DNA of 64,000 nucleotides from Malacoraja senta (taxonomy: Eukaryota), in the NCBI GenBank assembly GCA_038087875.1, contig CM075991.1, positions 12,092,001 to 12,156,000 of the forward strand, written 5' to 3'. Within the stretch, counting starts at the first letter, position 1. Each line of letters begins with the position of its first letter. Made by a program: the position numbers and the translations under genes. Shown here piece by piece: positions 1-11,000 of the stretch. Below the pieces are notes generated by a model, which saw only the letters and a program-made list of their open reading frames with translations, was not told where the DNA came from and made no database searches.

Positions 1-900
1 AATATGGAGGAGAGGTATGCAGATTTAGCAGCAATGAGGGCATCTTTATAGGCAGTGAGGTGGAGTTTGTAAGCTTCATGGTGGACTGTGAGAGGTGATT
101 TCTTTATGAGTCGTTCAAGTCGGCGACCAATCTGTTTCAGCTTACGAAGTGCAGGTGTGTACCAGGGTGAAGATTTATTAAAAGTTACGGTTCTTGTTTT
201 GAGGGGAGCAAGAGTGTTAAGGGAGGTAGACAAGGTGGAATTGAGATGGTTTGTGAGATCATCAGGTGAGATGTGGGTTGAGTCCAGGGGGAGAGTGGTG
301 GAGAGCAGGTCAGAGAGATGGTGAGGGTCGATGGATTTTAGATTACGGAAGGTGATTTCTCGGAGGAGGCGGGGGCGAGGTGTCGGAGAAGGGATGGTGA
401 ACCGTATGAGCTTATGATCAGAGAGGGGGAAGAGGCATGGATGGAGGTCGAGTACCGGTTGATTTGTGGAGCAGACCAGGTCAAGGATGTGACCTTTGTC
501 ATGAGTGGGAAAAGTGACGTGCTGAGTGAGACAGAAGTTGTCAAGTAGAAAAGCGAATTCAGATGCGAATTTGCAGGTGGGGGAGTCCATATGAATGTTT
601 AAGTCACCAAGTAGCAGCAGACGTGGGGAGAGAGATGAGACAAGTGTGAGGAATTCAGTGAAGTCAGATAGGAAGGAGGGGTTTGGTTTAGGTGGCCGGT
701 AAATGAGGATGACTGTCATGGAGGAAAGGGCTTTGAAGGCAAGGAATTCAAATGATGCTACTGGGGGGAGGGGGAGTTCAGCGATCGGAAAGTTCTGGTT
801 GAAAAAAACAGCGAGGCCGCCTCCATGGCGGGACGGGCGGGGTTTGGAAATATAATTAAACCCAGATGGGGATGCTTGGTTGAGGGAGAAGAAGACATTG
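1..900 (-). mobile_element. L2-clade LINE ORF2 fragment (APE endonuclease domain and linker), frameshifted, runs off the window
   Basis: Minus-strand translation has RPSRHGGGLAV, LIYRPPK, LLLGD(F)NIH (one extra base here), FPTHDKGHILDLV, LSDHKLI and SPWY motifs. Confidence 0.85.
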
Positions 901-1444
901 TCTTTAAGGATTAAGGATGTCTGATTACTAACAAGCATGTGAGTCTAAGGATGTCTGATTACATAATATAGCTGACAACATCTGCTGGCTATGATAAATG
1001 TTTTAATTAAGTGTTCTACGACTTCCATACTATTGCATGGAAACTTGGACAGGTCACACCGCGATGGATTGTATGCATGTGTTTCTGATGTACAAAAACA
1101 CTGGAGCATTTGGAGTACTGTGTACAGTTCTAGTCACATATCATTAAGAATGTGCATGATTTGGAGAGGGTGCAGAACACGTTTTACCAAGAAACCAGCA
1201 TCTGCAGTTCCTTATCTCCCTTTTACCACGATGTTGCTGGGATTGGTGCATATTAAGAGTTATACAGTATGAGAAAAAGACCATTCGGTCCAACTTCTCG
1301 ATGCCATCTGTGAGGTGTCCCATCTAAGCTAGTGTGCCTCTACCCACATTTGGTCCATATCCCGCTAAACCCTAGACACAAAAGGAACTGCGGATGCTGG
1401 TTTACAACAAAAGATACAGAGTGCTGGTGCAAACCACCGTCTCC

Positions 1445-1765
1445 CTAGACACTTTCTCCTGCAACCACAAGAGATGTAACACCTGTCCCTATACCACCTC
1501 TCTTGTATCCATCCAGGGCCCTCGACAGCCTTTCAAGGTGAGACACAGGTTCACATGAACTTTAATCTTATCTACTGCATTTGGTGTTCCTGATGTGGCC
1601 TCCTGTACATTGGTAAGACCAACTGTCAACTAGCTTTTATCAAACAGTCTGCCAAGGCCCAGGTTGCTAACCATATTAACTCTCCTTCCTATACCCAAAC
1701 AGACTTGGGCTGTCAGAGTGAGGCCCCCTTACAAACTTAAGGAACAGTACCACACTCTCACTTTT
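1445..1765 (+). mobile_element. Degenerate Penelope-like element fragment (GIY-YIG endonuclease region)
   Basis: Translates with frameshifts/stops as CNHKRCNTCPY..IQGPRQPFKVRHRF..NLIYCIWCS*CGLLYIGKT. Confidence 0.75.
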
Positions 1766-3925
1766 TGTCTTTTCATCTAACATGAGCCAGATAGCGTGTC
1801 GAGACTTGTGTCCCAAATAAATACTCCCATGATACTGCCACCATTGTTTCCAGCGGGTGTCATCACCAAATCTTGCCCTGGAGGAAAATTCAGGTTTTAC
1901 CTAATTCCCAAACATCATACAGATGCGTGATATGCACAGAGATCCCCACCTCCAGTTTCAGACGTTAATCTTGGAAAATAGTGGCAAAATTTGTTTCTTC
2001 CCAGTTGTTAACAGGCAGTCCTGACCTCCCCACATCTACCTCATTGGAGACCATTTAACTGTTTTTAATTAGACTTTAGCTTGCACTAAATGTTGTAGGC
2101 TTTATCTTGTATCTGTACACAGTGGATGACTCGATTGTAAGCATGCATCGTCTTTTATTTGACTGGGTAGCACGCAACAAAAACCTTTTCACTGTATCTT
2201 GGTACATGTGACAATAATAAACTAAACTAAACAAAACATGCCGACTCTTATATACACTCTCAGTGAACTATTCCTATACACTTGTACTTAACTACGATTC
2301 TGTTTATAGTAATACATTTATTGAACTGTATGCAAAAAAGAGATTTCCCTGTACCTCAGTGACAATAAAGTACCATTGAACTATTGAAACATCACCTATC
2401 CATGTTCTCCAGAGCTGCTGTTTGACCCGCTGAGTTACTCCAGCATTTTGTGTCTTTTTTTCCCTCTAAAGCTTTCCTATCCATGTACCTGTCCAAATGT
2501 CCTTTAATTTTTGTTATTGTACTGCCATGACAACCTCCTCTGGCAACTTGTTCCATATACAGACCCCAGCTACCGTGTGGAAAAAGTTGTCCCTCGGGTT
2601 CCAATTAAATCTTTCCCCTCCTCTTAAACCAATGTCACGACTACAAGGCGACGTTGGACAAACCTGGATTGTTTTCTGAGAAGGTTGAGGGGAGATCTGA
2701 TAGGTATAAACAATTATGAGAGGGCTAGGTATGATAGGCAGTCAGAAGCTATTTAACAGGTAGTGGAAATGTAAAAGATTAGAGTGTATAGCTTGAAGGT
2801 GAGAGGGGCAAAGTTTAAATACAGGGCAAGTTTTTCACCAGAGTTGTGGGTGCTGGGAATATGCTGTCAGACGGTGAAGGCAGATACAATTATGGACTTT
2901 AAGAGGCTTTTAGATCGGCACATGAATACACAAGGATATGGATTATGTGCAGACAGAGGAGATTAGGTTACTTGGCATCATGTTTGGCACAGACATTGTG
3001 GGTTGAATGGCCTGTCCCTGTGTTGTACTGAGCTTTGGAGAGGCTGTAAAAAAAATAGGTTTACAATCATACCAAAATCATGTTTTGTCAGGCTGTGAGA
3101 AAATTGATCTTAAAATATTTATTTTTTTCACATAAACTGCACCTTTTGCTGTGGAAAATTATTCATGTTCTTTTACTTATTATGCAGTCATCTTTTATTA
3201 AGATGATTCACATGAGTGACTATAGTCATTAAAAGCACATGATTTTGAGTGAGGAACCCAGATACAATCCTACTCCATGCGATTGCCCAAAGCATCTGTC
3301 ATTAATTTGCAGGAAACGTGATTTCTCTTTCATGCATAAAGTTTATATCCTGTTAACAATTACTTGGCTTTGTATAAAGTTTAGTGTGTGCAAGTTTTAA
3401 ATGTTGCTGGTGTGGAGATGGACGTTTGGACAAAGTCTAGCTGAATTTCATGTCTAAAAATGTTCTCTTCCACCCCGATCTTCAATGTCCAAAATGTAGC
3501 CAGTGTCACTTAAAACCTTTGCATTAGCCAATAGCCAAGTGTGTGCCCTATGTTCTCATCCCTGATGTAACTGAGACCCATGTAATCTATTCTTGACACC
3601 TTCCTTCTAAGAAGCTTGTAAAAATACCCATCATTGTCTTATCTTTTATTCATTATTCTTTATCTCTCTACATCATCGTCTATATTTCTTGTTGCCCTTA
3701 TCCCTAACTAGTCTGAAGAAGGGTCTCAACCCGAAACGTCACCCATTCCTTTTCTCCAGAGATGCTGCCTGTCCCGCTGAGTTACTCCAGCTTTTTGTGT
3801 CTACTTGTAAATACCCACCTCTTCTTGGCAGCTTGATGCTCCAGTGGGATGTGTTCAAGAGGCTGACTGGAAGATAGCTGTTGTGTACTCAGTCTCTTAA
3901 ACACTTGTGCTTTCTTTCCTTTTAG

Positions 3926-4047
3926 GTTTGGGAGCTTCAAGTTCCGGTACTTTCTGGGACATTAGTGGAAACACAATGGTGACCGCTCATTATGTACGGC
4001 TCACTCCCGACCTGCAGAGTAAACAGGGAGCCATTTGGAACCGCGTT
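3926..4047 (+). CDS. LMAN2L: LMAN2L exon 2
   Basis: tttag|..|gtaaga; [41 protein letters not shown]. Confidence 0.95.
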
Positions 4048-5059
4048 GTAAGACTTGATTTTGATTACACTTTGAGTGGTGGAAAATGAAATGGATGGAT
4101 AACTGATGGCATCAAATGCTCCTGTTCAGCTTGAGCATGGGTTAGGTGTAGAGAAAAGCTTCTCCCTGTACACTGGACTATGGGCATGAAGGAGAAGAAA
4201 CCTCCCTCCCAATGTTGTCCCAATAAAACACTCCCAGGGCATGGGTTAGAATCAGAATAAACCTCTCACTACACTGTCCCTTCTATAGATGCACCATATA
4301 CAGTATACTGCTGAGTTGCATCACAGCTTGGTTTAAGAACAGCTCTGTCCAAAACCACAGGAAATTCCAGAGAGTTGTAGATGTAGTGAGTCAAAGACTT
4401 GTCCCAGCCCTCATCCCCTCTTATCAGGCTTCTGAACCATCCTTCCATAAGCTTGAGCACAGTCCAATTCTCCTCTACTTTATTGGACTTTGCCTCTGGA
4501 ACTGTTGTGCTTCAATGCTGAGAACGATATTCGACACTCGGTATCTTTCCCTTCACTCTACCTGTTGTACTTGAGTCTTGCTTGAGTATTTATGTTTGGT
4601 GTAATCTGATTTGATCGGAAAACTTGCAAAACAAAGCTTTTCACTATCTCAGTATATGTAACAATAATAAACCTGACCCCATCAAACACTTTCAGATAGC
4701 GTACAATCATATGCAGAGCAAAGCCCCATTTATACTGTCCCATCACATTTTTCCAGGGCATAAAGTCAGGAGCAGTCATGTTCTCTCCACACTGTCTCAT
4801 CAAAAGATCTTGGGACAAGTATTGTGTAGCTCAAATAAACAGTTGTGTTCTGTCTGCAATGTCTTGCCAAGAACTCCCAGGATAGATACAGTTAGATATG
4901 GGCTAATGCTACCTCTAGGATGTCTCATCAAGCTACCTATGACTTGGATTAGAGCATGGAACTAGGGAAAGGATATCTGCTGTGGTCAGTACTTGAAGGT
5001 TGGTGAACTTCCTTGGGCTGTGTTCACCGTTTACTGTCTCCAAAACCTGTATGTAATTC

Positions 5060-5096
<37 letters not shown>

Positions 5097-8000
5097 GCAG
5101 GCTTGCTTGATGCGAGACTGGGAGATTCAGGTACACTTCAAAATCCATGGACAAGGAAAGAAGAATCTGAACGGCGATGGGATTGCCGTGTGGTACACCA
5201 AAGATCGCATGCAACCAGGTACAGTGTCTAAAATAGGAGGGAACCTGTCGCTCCTCCAAATCCTGCACTGACTTCGTTAGCGGGAATGTAATTGCAGGAG
5301 GAAAAAGATCACCAAATCAAACGTCAATCATCTGCACTTCACTCTGCCTCAGAAAAGCAGTCGATATAATCAAAGACTTGTCCCACCCCTTGTCATGTTC
5401 CTCCTTCTTCCTGCTCCCGTCCGGCAAAAGATACAGACTTTGGAAAGTGCGCATCACCAGACGCACGAACAGCTTCTTTGCCTCAGTTATCAGGCTTCTG
5501 AATGGTCCTTCCTTAAGCTAGGGTACTGTCTGATTCACCTCTACCGCACGGCGGACATTGGTCTCTGAAACTGGTGCACTTTGCTCTGTCAATTGTACTT
5601 GAGTTTGACTTGATTGTATTTAGGTATAGTATTATCTGATTGGATAGCATGATAAACAAAGCTTTTCACTGTACCTCAGGACATGTGACAAAATAAACCT
5701 AGACTTTACTCTCACCAGGGTGGGTGGTCATCAGACTACTTACTTCTCCTCTCATAAGCTAGAGTGCAGTCCAGATCTCCCAGGCTACCTCATCGTGGTC
5801 CATGCCTTTAAAAAAAATCTGTACTTGCTCTATGACTGCAATGCAGAAGACTGTAGCACTGAACTGCAGATGCTGGTTTAAATCGAAGGTAGACACAAAA
5901 TGCTGGAGTGACTCAGGCTATTTGAAGTGCCCTTGCTTTCCCTCTCTCTCTCTCTCCATCCCTCCCCCTTCGCAGTTCTCCCACCAGTCTTACTGTCTCC
6001 GACTACATTCTCTCTCTGTCCCGCCCACTCCCCGACATCAGTCTGAAGAAGGGTCTCGACCCGAAACGTCATCCATTCCTTCTCTCCAGAGATGCTGCCT
6101 GACTGTCCCGCTGAGTTACTCCAGCATTTTGTGTCTACTCTAGCACTATCTCTGCACTCTGGTATTTTACACTTTGCATTAACTGTTGTGCTTGGGCTAA
6201 CAAGTCAGTTGTTCCTTCTTCTCCTTCTAGTACACATACCACCCCCCCCCTTCCCAACCGTATCCCAGGAATCGTTCTTGTAGACCCCCAAAGTCCCTGG
6301 TTCAAAGCCACACCTGGCTTTGTTCATTTGGAATGCGCGAGTTGATCAACAAGAGGAAAACATTGCAAGCCCTGTGTCGTGAGCAAGGTTCTCCTGTCTC
6401 CTCTGGCTGTTAATGGTCCCCTCTTCCCCCAATGCTAAAAGCGATTGCCAGTTGCACTGAGGGTCTAGGGCCGGCTGTTAATTGAGAACTACCTGTTCTC
6501 TTGCAACAGTCAGTGCCATCGAGTTTGGGGAAAGGCACTTTATATTCTTGGACAGGCAATGGTGACAGACAACAGATTAGATTGAATGGTTAACATTTTC
6601 TTCTTTAGGTTCAGTATTTGGAAGTAAGGATCTCTTTTCCGGACTCGGAATATTCTTGGATACCTACCCAAATGAGGAGAAACAGCACGAGGTGTGTACT
6701 GGATCAACATTTATGATCACATAACGTGATGTGTTCTGCGACCCCCCCTCCCCCCCTCCCCCAAATAACAGTCTCTCTTCTGCCCTTGGATTTAAACTCC
6801 TATCGAACTCCCCAGGTGTTTGTCGCTGTAAAACGTTGAAGCTGTAATTGCCTCGCTGAGAAATAATAAAAAATGTTTTCCCTGTTTAAACGGCTTTAAT
6901 GGTGAGAGTCCGATTCGGAAGCATTTGTCATGAATTCAGAAATTAAGCAAGGGAACAAGCTTGCTGGCTCTTGCACGTGAGCGGTGGAGGTATAAACCTT
7001 TACCTTTCTTGTTAATAACCACTTGAGTGAGAGTGCCATTGCTTAATGAACTAACTTGAGGGCTTGCATGGCCCCTAACAGCTGAATGGCTTCCCTGTGT
7101 TGTCAGCTTCTTTAATTCACACTTGTCTGATGTGACCAGTTGCTTCTGAGTTGTGCTATGACAGTCTAGTTTGGTTTTTAATTTAGTCTAGAGATACAGT
7201 ACAGAAACAGGCCCTTCGGCCCACCGAGCCCACGCCAAACAGCGATTCCCGCACACTAACACTATCCTACACACACTAGGGACAATTTACAATTATATCA
7301 AGCCTATTAATCCACAAACCTGTACATTTTTGGAGTGTGGGAGGTCACGGCAGAACGCACAAACTCTGTACAGACAGCGCCCGTAGACAGGATTGAACCT
7401 GGGTCTCTGGCAATGTAAGGCAGAAACTACACCGCTGTGCCACCATGCCAGTTGGCAAAGTAACATCCATCTGCAGTGCGTAAAGAACTTTTTAAATTTT
7501 AAGAACTTTTGATATATTTGTTGAACTTTATGCTTGGAAACATATGCACAAATGGGTAAAAATGCAACCATAAACGTACATAAGGTCCATTAAATAACAA
7601 GATTTTGCATTTAAAATCCCTGAAGAAAGATAAACCAGCATTGATCCCATCTCTGAGATCATCACATTCCTGCATAATTGATGACATTTTGAAATGCTTT
7701 CACCGGATATAGGTCAAGCAGATAGCTTACAGACATCGATGTGCACGTGGACAAACAGATGTGAGGTGCGCCATTTCATCACGGAGAGAGAATAGCCAGG
7801 ACTATAGAAAATAGCCTTTGGCCAATAGAAATTATTTTCAGCTTGGATTGCTACTGAGGAAAGTTCCCTCAGTGCAAGCAGTCAGTGTAGTTTCCCAACT
7901 CCAGTCCTGAACTGGGCTTGAGGTTAGACACAAAATGCTGCAGTAACTCAGTGGGACCGGCAGCATCTCTGGAGAAAAGGAATTCCTTCTCTCCAGAGAT

Positions 8001-11000
8001 GCTGCCTGTCCCGCTGAATTACTCCAGCATTTTGTGTCTATCTGTGATTTAAACCGGTATCTGCAGTTCCTTCCTACACATCCGGGCTTGAGGTTATTCA
8101 CTTGTGATTCAGGGAGAGTGAAGAGTGAAAACGAGTGAGATGAGACCTCGTGGCTTTGAGACGCTGAGAAGGGCAGAGGTGAAAAGTCACAGTGTTGATT
8201 TTAAGTGCAGTGAAGAATACTGGTGGAACGGTGTCCTTCCCAATACAAATTAGTTGGGGAGGAGAGAGGATGGCACAGAATTGGAGGAAGGACAGTTTTC
8301 TGTTGGGGAAACAGCTGAGCACTCCATATCAAGTCAAGAGAGTTTATTGTCATATGTCCCAGATAGGACAATGAAATTCTTGCGTTGCATCAGCACAACG
8401 GAATATAGTAGGCATGAATACAGAACATATCATATCAGTGAGTCCATATACCATTATATAAATATATACACACTTGCTTACCATCAGTGTCATTTGTGCT
8501 TGTACAGAATGAAAGGAATATAATTCTTTAGAAGAAGAGTATAATGGCAGGTTCTCAAAGTCCAACTTCGATAGCCGTTACTCCTTGGGATTGTGGTGGA
8601 GATATAGTTTACGCACTCTAAAGATAGCTAAAACAAATTTTCTAAATGCTGTTTCTTGATTAAGAAGAAACATTTAATAAGAACGAAAAGTTATGAATTA
8701 TTTCTTTGTTTTGCACTACTTATTGAAGTAGTGCAAAGCAAAGAAATAATTCATAACTTTTCGTTCTTATTAAAGTTTCTTCTTCAGACAATACAGTCGT
8801 GACCGTGTGGTGAAAAAACTGTTTTCTCACCATCCTCCGAAACTAAACTAAACTCCCAATCTATGAGTCTGCGCTAGTCTCCTCCAAAGTAGACAAACCC
8901 CTCTACGTATCAAATCCCACCCACAAAAGTACAGGCAGATAAAAACTACAAATATTAGACATGGCTATAATATACTGACTTAAGCTTAATGGCTCCTACA
9001 GAGAGTGTGGTTGTTTTTGCCTGTTTATAGTTATGGGACTTGTTCTCTATCCTGGTCTCCTCATATCTGTGTTTGCACAAGCTACAAGCTGGGTGAATGT
9101 GACCTGGGCGTTGGGTTTTGGCAGTGGATAATCCGTGGTGCATATACAGGGCCAACTAACACCAAGTGTAGCTGGTGCATGCATGAGCTTTGTCGGACTG
9201 CTTGCTGATCCAGAAGAGGGTCTATTGTACTGGTGTACAGTATAGTGTGATTTGACTGGATAGCTTGCAGATAAACATTTTATTATATCTCTGTACGTGT
9301 GACAATACGAGAGATACAGCATGGAAACAATCCCATCGGATCACCGAGTCCACGCTGACCATCGATCACCTGCTCACACAAGTTCCATGTTATCCCACTT
9401 TCTCATCCACCCCCTACACACCAGAGCTAATTTACCTACAAACTCTGGGATGTGGGAGGAAATTGTAGCAGCCGCATCGAACCCAGGTCTGTGGCTCGGT
9501 AAGGCAGCAGCTCTACCCGCTGCAACACTGTACAGCCCTGATAATAATCCTAAACTAAACTAATAATCAAGGAAGGGGGATACCACCATTCAGCGGCGCT
9601 GCTGCAAGTAAGTGTTTCATTGTTCTGTTTCTGTACACATGACAAATATTACACTCTTGACTTTCTTGAGTTTGAATTGTTTTTGGACACATTTTCCATT
9701 CCATGGTCTATTTGAAAAATGTTTATAAGGTCATGTCTCTGACATTTCCTTTCCTAATAACAAACCCCATGAAACGTCACAACTCTAATTGTCAGAGGGA
9801 TTGGTTCTACGATTCCTCTTTGCTGTGCTTCCAACACTTGATTGTCACCTATGGCTATAACTGGGCGTAGTGGCTGGATTGGATTTGACCAGCACTCGAG
9901 GTGTTTCAACAGAATCATTTTCTTTTGCTCAATCCTGATTCAGTCCTTAGTGGGACCAGGATTTACCCTTGGAAGGGATTATAGGAATAGTTAGAAATGA
10001 ACAATTTGAATATGTGTTTATGTAAATGATCAATTTTCTGATTTGCATGATTTAAAATTAATAGTCACTGCATGAAGTCACACATGATCAATTACTGCAA
10101 TTCCTTGCCAGAAAATGTAATCCTTGGTAATCCTTCAGGGATTGATCTGAGAAATATGTCTGCATATTCACTGCCTGTAAACGGACAGCTCGTCCCAAAG
10201 AGCAGTGGCTATTTGCAGGAAATGCATGCCAGTTTGAAAGCAATGATAAATTATTGAAATATCTGTTTTATCTCATGTTGCTACTGTTGCCATTATTTCC
10301 GGGATGTGCAGTCTAAGAAGAGGAGATATACACCTTCTACTCAGGTAGCTTTGTCTTCCAGTTTCCAATCTTCATGCTCCTTGGCATATGTTGATTTCTT
10401 CTTTGCCAACGAGTGAATGTGTGTTTTTTGCCTGTCTTGGTGTTTCATTTATAGTGTTTTTTGTTTTTTTAAATCATCCCAGTTTCTAAGCTTTGTTTTA
10501 TTTTTGCTGTGCAAAATTCTCTTGTAATTCCAGTGTGTTGGGAGAGCAATTCCAGAGGAGCTCCACACTGCTTTGAGAAATTTGGGACTTTGATCTTAGA
10601 GGTGTATAAAATCATGGGGAATAGTAGACGGAGTCTGTTACTCGGGGAGAAATTAAGAATCACAGGACATACTGTTGGGTTGGGATCTGGAGAGGAAGAA
10701 TGTTACATTAAAATACACTGTGTCCGTGCATTATATTTAAATATCCTTTAAATAAAACTGGAACCTGTGCTCCAGGATTTGCGTGTGTGCGTGTCCGTGT
10801 CCGTGTCCGTGTGCGTGCGCGTGTGTGTGTGTGTTCGAGGACTTTGGCCATTAACATTCTCATTTTGGCTTCATAGCGAATCTTCCCGTATATTTCGGCA
10901 ATGGTGAACAACGGGAGCTTGTCTTACGATCACTCGCGGGACGGTAGGCCCACGACTATCGGAGGATGCACGGCCCTCGTGAGAAATCTCAACCACGACA

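Noticed and set aside
905..965. Direct repeat taaggatgtctgattac twice, superficially CRISPR-like
   Set aside because: Only two units at a LINE boundary in eukaryotic DNA; no array or cas genes
10782..10833. (GTGTCC)n/(GT)n tract encoding RTRTRT in the ORF track
   Set aside because: Simple microsatellite
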